Below, piece after piece: positions 41,457 to 51,469 of a stretch of DNA of 64,000 nucleotides (within the stretch, counting starts at the first letter, position 1; every line of letters begins with the position of its first letter). The position numbers and the translations under genes were made by a program. The DNA is from Candidatus Heimdallarchaeota archaeon (GTDB lineage Archaea > Asgardarchaeota > Heimdallarchaeia > JABLTI01). The stretch lies in NCBI GenBank assembly GCA_018238155.1, contig JABCTZ010000026.1, positions 96,001 to 160,000 of the forward strand, written 5' to 3'. A model generated the notes under the pieces. It was not told where the DNA came from. It was given only the letters and a program-made list of their open reading frames with translations, and made no database searches.

Positions 41457-44306
41457 GTGATGGTGTTGGGATTTGGGTATTATTGTAAAATTGCAATATT
41501 AAACATCTGGAACGGGAGAAGAAACGCTATAATATATGTCGTTGGAGTAACAATTGCAATAGCGTCTATTACATCAGTAAATATGTGGGCAACAGCATCT
41601 GAATCATTTGTTGTTCATGAGTTTATTGAAGAGCTGGATTACGAATTAAAGGTAAGAGCATTTGACACTGAAAAACTATCTCTAGTACAAAATTGGCTAA
41701 ATAATGAGTCATTAATAAGTGCAACTGATAAACTCTATTACAATTTAGCATTCTTTAACGCTGAAGATAAAAATCCTTTATATAATTTTTTTCCATTTAC
41801 TAATCAAGAGGATATGAAAGATCGAGTATCAATGTCCTCCCTTCTATTATTCCCAAAAAATTCTATTTCAAGGATTGCTAATCAGTTCACAATAAAAGGA
41901 GAATTTGCTTTAGAAGTTAATGAGGTATTAATTAGTGAACATCATGCTAATATACTTGAAATTGTATATGGTCAACCAATTTATCCTGGAATGACTTTAA
42001 ATCTAAGTGTTTGTAGACAAAGTACTTGGGGGGGAATCTATCTCTATCAATACTCACCAAGACATTTCTATAACATTACTATTAAGGGAATCTATAAGAT
42101 AAAACCCACTACATCAATGTTACAAAAATCATTCTCAATGAACTTTCTTAAGGATTCCATTATTTTCTTAAAAGAAAACCTAATCCAAGCAGATATTGAA
42201 TTAATGGAAGATAATGGTCTTATACCATTTGTTGTAGCAAAAATTAATTCAGATTTTTTGATGGATGATGGTGTTGATGAAATCATACCAAAATTAGATA
42301 ACATTCAGTCAAGATTAGTAACTTCGTTTACAAATATATTTCCCACAATATTAGAGGTACCATTTAACAGTCTTTCACAAGAATATGCACGCTCAAAAAT
42401 GGTTTTTGTTATAATGCTACCTGTTATTGTTTTAGGATTGATGCAAGCAGCACTTACTTCAACCAAAGTACTGGAACGTAGAAAGAAACAAATATCAATT
42501 TTTATTGTTCGAGGTGGGCAAAAAAGGCAAATATTCACATTCTTTATGTTAGAATTCATAATTTTAACTATCATAGCAATTGCATTCTCAATTATGTGTT
42601 CTTATCTCTTAGCTCCAATATTTCCATCATTTACTCAATCAAGTTTTTCTAGTAGTAAATATTTATTTTACTTAACACGATTACAAATCCCAATTATTCC
42701 ATTAATTTTATCCTCAGTAGCAATAATTGCTCTTTCATCAATCTTCATTCTAAATAATGTAAATAGACTATATTCCGAAAATAAGCTTTCAGAAGGATCA
42801 ATTGAATACAGAAAAAAATTTGAGAAAAATGTTCCTTTAATACTCTTAGGAATTATTGCTGTAGCAGTAATAACTATTCTTATTGTATTAATTATACCAT
42901 TTAAACAAGAAATTTCTGATATATACTACTTTTCAATACAACAAACAAAAGTAGCAGCTTTTATCTTAGCATTACTATTAACTCTACAAATGATAATTAT
43001 CATTTTAGCTTCAGTTAGCTCATTCAAAATACTCGGATTACTGAGTAAGTTATATGCTAGAATTTTTAAACGTAATTCATTTTTTTTAACACATAATTTC
43101 AGAAGAACAAAACATAAATCAAATGCTTTATTTTTTATTATAATAATGCTGAGTAGCTCAACATTTTTTTCTATAATAATATTAACAACTTTACAAAACA
43201 ATGAAAAAGCTTCTGACTTTTACAATAATGGTTCAGATATACGCGTTGAGACTATTAAAACGAGCGCTGATTTCAATGAAAATATCACCAATATCGATGG
43301 CGTAGAAGAAACCATACCTATTTATCAGATAACTGGGCAATATGGCTATGATTATTTAACTATTTATGGTATTAATCCAGAAAAGTATTCAAGAATTGGT
43401 CGATGGGATGAGAGTAGCTTTAGGAATGATTTAGCACCTATAGGAAAAAGTAATTATACAGTTACTCAATGGCTTTTAGAATTAGAAAATCAAAAATATG
43501 GAGTGTTTATTAGTGATGGTTTGGCAAAGAAATATGGGTTGTCAATTGGTGAAATCATAAATATATATCAAATACGAACAGAGACATCAATTGGTGATGA
43601 TACATTTATTATTCTTGGAATAATTCATTCTGCTCCTGGATTAGGATTAGCATCTGGAAAAAACATTGTAATGAGTCAATTAAGTGAAGAATATATTATT
43701 ATTAGTGATTGGAAAATGCAACAAGATTATGAAGTTACTACTGTAAGATTATTTTTTGCTAAGACAATGGGAAATTGCTCCCTAAATCAAATAGAAGAAG
43801 AAATTGCTTTACTAGATCCAGTTGTTGAAATAAATCATCCTTCATCTGAAGTAGCAGTAACAGAATTCATAAATAAATTTATCCCGAAATTATCGTTTTT
43901 TATCTTGGCACAATTGACTTTTCTTTGTATCCTCGGAACATTAACCATTATTACAAATACTAATTTTATACTATATCAAAGAAAACAAAACTTTGTTATT
44001 ATGCTTACTTTAGGAAAAACGTTTGGTAGTTTAATAAAACTTATTATTTTAGAATTAGTTATTCTTATTATATGTGGACTTATTATTGGTTTATTAATAG
44101 GTTTGCCATTTGCTTATTTAACAATTCTTTTAGCACAACCTTTCCTAGCAAATTATATAATTATCCCATTCAAAATGGCTTTCAATCCTTTATGGATGAC
44201 AATATCAACAATAATAATAATAGGTGTTGTTCTTGTATCAACAATCCCTTTCTTATCAAGATTCAGAAAACAAAAATTAGTAGAGTTCAACATGAGCAAT
44301 CAATGA
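41457..44306 (+). CDS. FtsX/MacB-like ABC transporter permease
   Basis: Two permease halves (ERRKKQISIFIVRGG; QRKQNFVIMLTLGK) with large extracytoplasmic loops (GSDIRV, YGINPE). Confidence 0.8.
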   Translation: MMVLGFGYYCKIAILNIWNGRRNAIIYVVGVTIAIASITSVNMWATASESFVVHEFIEELDYELKVRAFDTEKLSLVQNWLNNESLISATDKLYYNLAFFNAEDKNPLYNFFPFTNQEDMKDRVSMSSLLLFPKNSISRIANQFTIKGEFALEVNEVLISEHHANILEIVYGQPIYPGMTLNLSVCRQSTWGGIYLYQYSPRHFYNITIKGIYKIKPTTSMLQKSFSMNFLKDSIIFLKENLIQADIELMEDNGLIPFVVAKINSDFLMDDGVDEIIPKLDNIQSRLVTSFTNIFPTILEVPFNSLSQEYARSKMVFVIMLPVIVLGLMQAALTSTKVLERRKKQISIFIVRGGQKRQIFTFFMLEFIILTIIAIAFSIMCSYLLAPIFPSFTQSSFSSSKYLFYLTRLQIPIIPLILSSVAIIALSSIFILNNVNRLYSENKLSEGSIEYRKKFEKNVPLILLGIIAVAVITILIVLIIPFKQEISDIYYFSIQQTKVAAFILALLLTLQMIIIILASVSSFKILGLLSKLYARIFKRNSFFLTHNFRRTKHKSNALFFIIIMLSSSTFFSIIILTTLQNNEKASDFYNNGSDIRVETIKTSADFNENITNIDGVEETIPIYQITGQYGYDYLTIYGINPEKYSRIGRWDESSFRNDLAPIGKSNYTVTQWLLELENQKYGVFISDGLAKKYGLSIGEIINIYQIRTETSIGDDTFIILGIIHSAPGLGLASGKNIVMSQLSEEYIIISDWKMQQDYEVTTVRLFFAKTMGNCSLNQIEEEIALLDPVVEINHPSSEVAVTEFINKFIPKLSFFILAQLTFLCILGTLTIITNTNFILYQRKQNFVIMLTLGKTFGSLIKLIILELVILIICGLIIGLLIGLPFAYLTILLAQPFLANYIIIPFKMAFNPLWMTISTIIIIGVVLVSTIPFLSRFRKQKLVEFNMSNQ

Positions 44307-44832
44307 GCACTACTGCTATTTATTGATGATAATGCCTATTGTAAAAAAATCAAGTGACTAATGTCAATAGAAAAGCAATTTCAGGTAAAATTTGGCTTTC
44401 TGACATTCGAGAGTTGTATAATCTTCTTGTTGATGATATTCTTGTTTTCCTTCAGGAAATCATCTTGAATCATCTGAGCAGAGAATCAAATATAGACTAA
44501 TCCTTCTGGATTAGAACCTAGTTAGAAATAAGTTTTCCACATTGATTTGAGAGTTTTTAACTGGACGAGAGCAGAGAGGAACCCTCGTCTCAAGAAAATG
44601 GAGTTCTAATTGGGAGAGAGGTTTATGGAATTTAAAGAATATTCAATTCTTCAATAGAGCATATAGAATTTAGGTATATAAAGCTCTAAATGAATACTTT
44701 CTTGTATCTCCCTAAGCGAACAAATTTAATGAAATAGATACACTTCTAAAGTATAATCCGAAGTCAACTTTACAATGATGTGGAACAGTTAATCTCATCA
44801 TCAATCGCAATCATTCTTACGCTAACGGAGAG

Positions 44833-45176
44833 TACATATTTACAACGTTATTGCTGCTGGTAGTGCAAGTGCAGCTCATCTTTCCGGTTTAACCACTCCA
44901 GATGCAATTCTGATGGGGTTAACAGCTACAGATATAACCAGATATGAGCTTCCAACAGATCAATTTTCAAAAGGAGACACAACACGCACTGTCCAATTAC
45001 TTTGCGACCCCCGTTATCAGAAACCCTATCTCCAAGAAGAACTGAAGAATTTCCTAAAGCTCAAACAAAAAGCAGAGCAGCAATCACTCACTTCTAAGAG
45101 TCTTACTTTTCTTGCTGAATAATTACCAGTCAAATTCAAGAAAATTGAGAAATTACAGAAAGCAGGGAAAATATGA
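44833..45176 (+). pseudogene. Orphan top6A 3' fragment (direct repeat B, copy 2) with internal stop
   Basis: HIYNVIAAGSASAAHLSGLTTPDA..SLTFLAE*LPVKFKKIEKLQKAGKI*. Confidence 0.9.
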
Positions 45177-45553
45177 TTTTTCGCTCTATTTATCCTTTTC
45201 TTTATTAATTTTGATAATTATTATGCACAGATTCTAGTTACTAATTCTTTTCACGAAAGAGCGTATGATTACTTCTTTTTTTTAACCAATTTTTATGGTG
45301 TTGATAAGAAGAATATTGCACCAATGTTTAATTTACATTCTTCCTAGATATCTCCATTATAATGACAAGGCCTATGATTAATTTATCACATCAAATTAAT
45401 TTTTTCGTAAATTAAAGAAAAAGTTATTCTTTCTATATTTATCAAAAATATTTATAGTGGCATTGAACCACTAATATATTATCCTTGAACCTTTCTTTGA
45501 GTTCTAGGTTTGGCAACACATCCTTTACGGAAATGGGTTGGTGACTCATCACA

Positions 45554-46651
45554 ATGCAGAGATCAACAAAAGTTACAGAACAGACACTTACTGGGACAAA
45601 TATTGTCAATTGGATTCGATTATTACGAGAAAACAAGTTTAAAATTAGTTGGCGTTATCTTCCCCGAGCTCTTTTCATTAGTTTAGTTACTACCTTAACA
45701 GCACCTATTGCTCTCTACGAAAAGCTTCGTTACCGAAAAAAGATTAAACAAACAAAAATTACCAAACCTCCTGTTTTTATCATTGGTCATTGGCGTAGTG
45801 GCACTACCTTCTTACATACGTTAATGATTAAAGATCAACAATTTGCTTATGTTTCAAATTTAATTGCATTCATGCCTTCAATATTCATCAGTGGAGGACG
45901 CTTTTTCAAGCATGCTCTCAAGCGTTTTATGCCTTCAAAACGAAGAATGGATAATATGAAGCTTGGTATTTACGAACCTCAAGAAGAAGAATATGCTTTA
46001 GCAAATCTCTCGAGTATGTCTCTCTATCATGGCATGGTTTTTCCTCAAAATTTGCGTGAATATTCCAAATACTGTTCTTTTGATGGTCTTTCTGAAAAGA
46101 AAGTTACCAAATGGAAGAAGATCTTTCAACGGTTCCTTCAAAAAATCACCTATTATTCAAATGGCAAACAGCTCATTTTAAAGAATCCCTCGAACACTTT
46201 TCGAATTAAGCTTCTCCTTGCAATGTATCCTAATGCAAAATTCATACACATTTTTCGCAATCCTTTCGATGTTTTTCTCTCAACTCTGAAAATGTATGAA
46301 GAATTATTTCCTTATTTCTTCTTACAAGAACCTTATACAGATAATGAAGGTCAAGAATTTATTATTGATCTATATGAAGAAATGTTTATCAAATATTTTG
46401 CTGAAAAAGATTTGATACCTGCAGGTAATCTCATTGAAGTCAAATACGAAGATTTTGTTCAAAACCCTCTTCATGGTTTACAAGCTATTTACCAAAATTT
46501 AGGTTTAGAACATTTTGACGAATCCTGTGCCTGTTTCAATGACCATTTAGAATCCATTAAAGGGTATAAGATAAATAAGCACAAACTTGATGAAACGATT
46601 ATTGAAAAGATTTCTAACAGATGGCAACTTACTGTTCAAAAATGGGGTTAA
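45554..46651 (+). CDS. Sulfotransferase family protein (Stf3-like)
   Basis: FIIGHWRSGTT PAPS-binding loop, PQEEE, LKNP, FIHIFRNP, YEDFV. Confidence 0.9.
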   Translation: MQRSTKVTEQTLTGTNIVNWIRLLRENKFKISWRYLPRALFISLVTTLTAPIALYEKLRYRKKIKQTKITKPPVFIIGHWRSGTTFLHTLMIKDQQFAYVSNLIAFMPSIFISGGRFFKHALKRFMPSKRRMDNMKLGIYEPQEEEYALANLSSMSLYHGMVFPQNLREYSKYCSFDGLSEKKVTKWKKIFQRFLQKITYYSNGKQLILKNPSNTFRIKLLLAMYPNAKFIHIFRNPFDVFLSTLKMYEELFPYFFLQEPYTDNEGQEFIIDLYEEMFIKYFAEKDLIPAGNLIEVKYEDFVQNPLHGLQAIYQNLGLEHFDESCACFNDHLESIKGYKINKHKLDETIIEKISNRWQLTVQKWG

Positions 46652-46797
46652 GGTCGTGTTCAGCGTGTTGCAAAACGTGTTGAACGTAAAGGTACCCGAC
46701 TTGAAAAACGCTCTACAAGAAAAGAGAAGCGCTCAGAACAAGATAGTTCTTGAGCTTACCTTTTTTCTCAACAATAGTTTGTTCTTTAAATGAACAA

Positions 46798-48006
46798 TTA
46801 CCAATCATCAGGAGTTGTTAGTCCTGAGCCTGTTATGAATAGAACTGTTTTATTATTTTTATCAATAAATCCAGATTCAGTCAATTTAATTGCTGCCGCT
46901 ATAGTTGCTGCTGCTTCTGGAGCAACCATAATTCCTTCTTTTTTGGCGAAATCAAACATTGCGTCCTTAATTTCTTCATCATCTACAGCTATCGCAGTGC
47001 CATTTGATTCTCGGAGAGCACTTAAAATGAGATAATCACCTATTGCTCCTGGCACTCGTATACCTGCAGCAAATGTTTGTGCATTCTCCCATGGTTTTGC
47101 AAATTTATCACCTTGATGAAATGCTCTTACCATTGGTTGACATCCACTGGGTTGCACACAGACCATTTTTGGTCGTTTGCTATCAATTAGATCCATTTGT
47201 TCCATTTCATCAAATGCTTTCCACATACCAACTATTCCGGTGCCACCACCTGTTGGGTAAATTATCACATCAGGTAATTCCCAATTAAACTGTTCTGCCA
47301 GCTCTAAACCCATTGTTTTTTTACCTTCAACACGATAAGGTTCTTTCAGTGTTGACATCGAAAACCAGCCATGTTTCTCCCCAGCAGCTTTTGCTTTTAC
47401 TCCTGCATCGCTAATCAGACCATCAACTAATGTCAATTCTGCACCCATTGCTTCTATTTCTTTCTTGATAAATTCTGGAGTATCTATTGGAACAAAGATA
47501 TGTGCATTTGCTCCTCCATGAGCGGTGTAAGCCGCTAATGCTGCTCCGGCATTTCCTGCACTTGGTAAAACAAATTCCTTTTCTCCCAATTCCAATGCTT
47601 TAGCTACTGCAGCACATAAACCTCTACTCTTGAATGTTCCAGTAGGATTCTGTCCTTCATCTTTGATGTAAAGATTGTTTAGCCCAATTTTCTTTCCAAA
47701 GTTGCCTGTTTTAATAATTGGCGCCCAACCCTCTCCTAAAGTAATTCGATATCTGGGATCTATTACGGGCATTATTTCATTCCATCGCCAAATATTGTAT
47801 ACTTTTCTCATTTGAATTGATTGTTTTGTAATTGTTTCTTTTGCTTTTTCTAAATCATAGCGTGCATAGAGCACTTTGCCACAAGCATCACAAAGAGTGT
47901 TTATTTCTTTATGGGAGAATTCTTTCCCACAATTTGTACATTCTAACTTTATTATTGTTGAACCAGAATAAGTGCTAATTAATATCACCAATCTAAGTGA
48001 AACCAA
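46798..48006 (-). CDS. thrC: Threonine synthase family PLP enzyme
   Basis: N-terminal CxxC..CxxC, TLGEG, NPTGTFKSRG, SAGNAG, EGKKTMG, PTGGGTG, TGSG; exact start uncertain. Confidence 0.8.
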   Translation of the reverse strand: MVSLRLVILISTYSGSTIIKLECTNCGKEFSHKEINTLCDACGKVLYARYDLEKAKETITKQSIQMRKVYNIWRWNEIMPVIDPRYRITLGEGWAPIIKTGNFGKKIGLNNLYIKDEGQNPTGTFKSRGLCAAVAKALELGEKEFVLPSAGNAGAALAAYTAHGGANAHIFVPIDTPEFIKKEIEAMGAELTLVDGLISDAGVKAKAAGEKHGWFSMSTLKEPYRVEGKKTMGLELAEQFNWELPDVIIYPTGGGTGIVGMWKAFDEMEQMDLIDSKRPKMVCVQPSGCQPMVRAFHQGDKFAKPWENAQTFAAGIRVPGAIGDYLILSALRESNGTAIAVDDEEIKDAMFDFAKKEGIMVAPEAAATIAAAIKLTESGFIDKNNKTVLFITGSGLTTPDDW

Positions 48007-48058
48007 TTAGGAAATATTTAATGTTTTACTAAATTTCTGAAATAAATATCTATGATAA

Positions 48059-48380
48059 TTATTTCTTTACTTTCCTTCTTCTGGGTAATTTTAATGGTAA
48101 TGAAGAGACAAATAAAAATGAGTATTCTATCCATTTCTCCAGTATGGGAATATCTCTACAAATGGTCTCAGCTAAAGTCATATATTCTCTCATCTTTTTC
48201 CCCTCGAGAGGTTCGAAATGTTCCAAATCAGGATAACTCTTCTTGTATTACTTCTCTATCTTCCTCTGACAACCTTATGAAAATAGTATCTTCGTGTACT
48301 CCAGCAAACATATTATTATTTACGAAATAGGTAGTGCTCCCAAACATTCTCTTTAGAGAACACTTATAGGATTCGAGTAA
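48059..48380 (-). pseudogene. TfoX/Sxy N-terminal-domain protein, frameshifted
   Basis: Manual translation: KRMFGSTTYFVNNNMFAGVHEDTIFIRLS.., frameshift near 48235, ..FEPLEGKKMREY..W..YSFLFVSSLP.K*. Confidence 0.7.
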
Positions 48381-48403
48381 CTATTCTCCATAATGAAATA
48401 TGT

Positions 48404-48690
48404 TAAGGTAAATCAATAATAACAGCAAAAGTAGCTTTTGGTAAAATCATATCTCGTACTTTTTGTGTAATTGCTATCAATGATCTATGTTTTTCTATCA
48501 AGTTCTTTTTTGACTATTTTCCAGAATGCATCCTTTGTTGGCATTTACTAATCTGGAAACCAAACAATTCATCTAAGTAAATAGAATCTATAGAAAGAAT
48601 TTCACACAGTGATTTAACTAAAATGGTTTTATCATTTCCAGAAGCACCATTAATTACTGTTCTTTCAAAATTGGTCAATGAACCATCACT
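48404..48690 (-). pseudogene. Degenerate FlaR/adenylate-kinase-like P-loop protein
   Basis: RTVINGASGNDKT...IYLDELF, then across stops and frameshifts *IIDSNY..VRDMILPKATFAVIIDLP. Confidence 0.6.
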
Positions 48691-48942
48691 AATTAATCCA
48701 AAAACCACTAATTTAGCCATTTTATGCTTATTGAAAAAAGTTTTACTTGTAATGTTAACCTAATTGTATGACAACTTTACTACAGTTATTGAAGTAAAGT
48801 GTAATTATATTAGATTTAGCTCTAAAACCTTTTTCTGTAAATATTTTCAGTAAGTTTATATATGACTGAGCAAAATATATTATTAATACTTAATGAAAAG
48901 AAGTATTGAAGTGAGAGAGAGTATCGTAAGAAAGATTGTGAG

Positions 48943-48983
48943 TCTTCACTAAACTTTTCTTCACTAAACTTTTCTTCACTAAA
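48943..48983 (+). repeat. 15-bp tandem repeat (TCTTCACTAAACTTT x ~2.7) directly upstream of the 48998 gene
   Basis: tcttcactaaacttt-tcttcactaaacttt-tcttcactaaa, perfect copies. Confidence 0.9.
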
Positions 48984-48997
48984 GGAATGATAAGAAA

Positions 48998-50215
48998 ATG
49001 AAAAAAATAACTACAATTAATACTTTACTGGTATTTTTGGTTATCATTGGAACAATCTTTGCTAATTTGAGCACAGTAGTTTCAATAATGCCAAAACATG
49101 AAATGCAAATGATTAAGAGCAAAGTAGAGAATCAAGTTGTTGATGATATTGATAACGACTTTGGTTATGAACTTGTACTACAAATTGATACTTACTTCAG
49201 GAGGGAAGCGGATTTCAACAAAATCAAAATTTCAACTTCTGTCTATTCTACTGGTATATTATTTGAAATAGATAATTCATTAATAATTATTGGACATGGT
49301 TACTATGATTCAAATAATCAATATTATATAGCTGATTATTCAGCTAATAGAATAAGTCAAATGGCTGAAAATAAAGAATTTGTAGCTTTATTAGCTTGCT
49401 ATTCAGATAATATAGATTTGGTTAATGAGTTAACATTGACTTATGAAGGTAAAATTGACTTAAAATCTGCAGTTAATGAATTAATCAAAATCCTTGATTG
49501 GAATCAGAATTCCAAATTTATTCCTATAAAAAATATCAGATTATTTGATCTTGATCCTGGCGGGGGTGGAGGACCAGTTCTATCCAGACATTATCAAAAT
49601 GGCATATGCTATGCATATACTGGTGCTGATGATGGCCATTATTGGAATCTAAATACACAAGCTGGTTTTTATGGTGCGGGTAATTGGTTGATGAGCCACA
49701 AAGGATATATTGCTGAGGTTTACGTTTCAGATTATTACTACGAAAAAATAGGTGAAAATACTTACAATTTGGTTTTCTCAGAAACAACTTATATTACCAA
49801 AGTTACAACAAAAAGCGATACATTGGACTATTTAAACATGGATGACATTGTTATTAATGGAGAATCTATAAATGACCATTACGAAACTAAAATCAATGGT
49901 TTAATAATTGTACTTGATAATGATCAAATCCTTGCTGGTATAGTTATTACTGCTGTTTTTGCATTAGTTTCTACATTAGTAACCGTAGGAGCCACTTTAT
50001 TGAAAGTTGGCTTAGCTCCAGTTGTTAAAGAAATATCAGTTACTTTAGCTGCAGCTGAAGCAGCAAATCTTGGTTTGGTGGCTGGTACATATACTTATAC
50101 TTACACAACAATAGCATCACTTACAATGACATTAATTGGTGTTACTTTATTAGTAATTGCAGTATTAATTATTGCAGGTGCAATTATATTTGGTATGTAT
50201 TACTTACAAAATTAG
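48998..50215 (+). CDS. Secreted caspase/CHAT-like protease fused to a hydrophobic C-terminal domain (candidate polymorphic toxin precursor)
   Basis: Signal peptide; LIIIGHG (H100), VALLACYS (C134), TYEGKID, FIP..LFDLDPGGGGG; C-terminal Ala/Gly/Thr-rich hydrophobic helices. Confidence 0.7.
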   Translation: MKKITTINTLLVFLVIIGTIFANLSTVVSIMPKHEMQMIKSKVENQVVDDIDNDFGYELVLQIDTYFRREADFNKIKISTSVYSTGILFEIDNSLIIIGHGYYDSNNQYYIADYSANRISQMAENKEFVALLACYSDNIDLVNELTLTYEGKIDLKSAVNELIKILDWNQNSKFIPIKNIRLFDLDPGGGGGPVLSRHYQNGICYAYTGADDGHYWNLNTQAGFYGAGNWLMSHKGYIAEVYVSDYYYEKIGENTYNLVFSETTYITKVTTKSDTLDYLNMDDIVINGESINDHYETKINGLIIVLDNDQILAGIVITAVFALVSTLVTVGATLLKVGLAPVVKEISVTLAAAEAANLGLVAGTYTYTYTTIASLTMTLIGVTLLVIAVLIIAGAIIFGMYYLQN

Positions 50216-50223
50216 GAGTTGAT

Positions 50224-50682
50224 ATGATGAAGGATGTAAATATCATAGAACTAAATAAACTACATCTCGAAAATGAGCAACAGGTAATAGCTAAGGAACG
50301 ATTTGAATTCATAATGAAATTTTACTTAATTGTATTTTTCATTGCTTCATTTATTTCAATGTTAATAACGATAATTGGTGGAATATTAATTGGAATTGAA
50401 ATTAATTTTCTGGATCCATATTTAATCTTAATACTATTATCACTACCACTACTAATCTTCATAACAAATCTATTAATCTATTTACTTCCTATCATCAAAT
50501 TAAAACCAAATAAAAACGAACCATTTTATGGTATTAACTTTATCAAAATAGTAGAAGAACAAAAAAAACCTACTATGATTAAATATTTGATTAGAAAAAT
50601 CTTTCTAATCACTTTTTCTATTTTAGGAATTATCTCTACATTAGGAAATATCATTCTTTTTATTGTAGAAATTATAATCTAA
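50224..50682 (+). CDS. Small 3-TM membrane protein, candidate cognate immunity protein
   Basis: Starts 8 bp after the precursor stop; paralog of 51470-51922. Confidence 0.6.
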   Translation: MMKDVNIIELNKLHLENEQQVIAKERFEFIMKFYLIVFFIASFISMLITIIGGILIGIEINFLDPYLILILLSLPLLIFITNLLIYLLPIIKLKPNKNEPFYGINFIKIVEEQKKPTMIKYLIRKIFLITFSILGIISTLGNIILFIVEIII

Positions 50683-50963
50683 TAGTTCAATCTATTTATT
50701 CTACCTTCTTTTATTTTATACCCCCACAATACTCAACTTTTTTTGGAATTACTCTGTTATTTTTTATAATTAAATAGTAATAAACCTGCTTCTAGAAAAA
50801 ATCTATTCCTCTTTACTATACTATATAACTCTGTAGGACAGATTAGTGAAGATTGTTAGAGCAAATTTACTAATAAAATAACAAAAAAATAAAATCACAA
50901 AAAGATACTTTTATTATCTACATAGGATTTGCAATTATTCAGCTACTGTTTCTTATACTTTCA

Positions 50964-51305
50964 GTGATTCTTCGAAATGGAACAGAAAATAAATTTCATG
51001 ATGAAATTGCCATACTAAATCAAAATTACTATTACACATTTTCGTTCTTTATGCGTCTTGTAACTTTTCTATTTTTCTTGGCAATTTTAATTTATATCAG
51101 CTTTTTAGGCTCTGAAATTAAATGCATAAAAAATATTGCTCTGGATGAAATTGACTTTGGAAATGCATTAGAAGAGATGTTTAACTCTACACGCCAAAAA
51201 TTCAAAAAAAGAAGAATTCTCTTATTGGTTGTCCTATTACTAGGATTTCTTGTGATAATTGGATCTCAAATCTATGTGCAGATTGGCATATTGTTTTTGT
51301 TATAA
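50964..51305 (+). CDS. Small membrane protein or gene fragment in the toxin/immunity cluster
   Basis: 113 aa, two hydrophobic segments, weak start. Confidence 0.4.
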   Translation: MILRNGTENKFHDEIAILNQNYYYTFSFFMRLVTFLFFLAILIYISFLGSEIKCIKNIALDEIDFGNALEEMFNSTRQKFKKRRILLLVVLLLGFLVIIGSQIYVQIGILFLL

Positions 51306-51356
51306 CCTATTTTGGAAGGTTATTCTTCTAAATTTTTTTGGGTTAGCTTCAATATA

Positions 51357-51467
51357 TTATTAAAGCTAGTTGAATTTGGAATTTACACTGGTATAGTGAT
51401 TGTAGTAATTGCAGTGGTTTTAACAATTGGAGCATGTATAATTTACTTTGTCCAAAAATACAGTTAG
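51357..51467 (+). pseudogene. Orphan C-terminal tip of a precursor-like gene
   Basis: ..GIVIVVIAVVLTIGACIIYFVQKYS* resembles GVTLLVIAVLIIAGAIIFGMYYLQN* and shares tagtaattgcagt with ~50151; the stop is followed 2 nt later by the ATG of the immunity paralog. Confidence 0.55.
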
Positions 51468-51469
51468 AG

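Larger units (their letters stand above)
37732..44832. mobile_element. ~7.1 kb insert bounded by duplicated top6A 3' ends; no integrase or transposase recognised
   Basis: Flanking direct repeats; very AT-rich accessory cargo. Confidence 0.6.

Noticed and set aside
44307-44832. Possible integrase remnant at the right end of the top6A island
   Set aside because: The frames I translated are broken by stops and show no tyrosine or serine recombinase motif; a blastx search would be needed.
2929-48500. Several in-frame stops inside apparent genes (2929 TAG, 38053 TAA, 45119 TAA, 46649 TAA, FlaR-like remnant TAG) suggesting stop-codon reassignment
   Set aside because: The implied residues differ (W, Y, L), most cases are in decaying DNA, and conserved genes in the window end normally at TAA, TAG and TGA.
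48998-50215. Gasdermin- or CRISPR-associated (Craspase-type) interpretation of the caspase-like genes
   Set aside because: The proteins have signal peptides and helical hydrophobic tips; no gasdermin, TPR-CHAT or cas genes are nearby.
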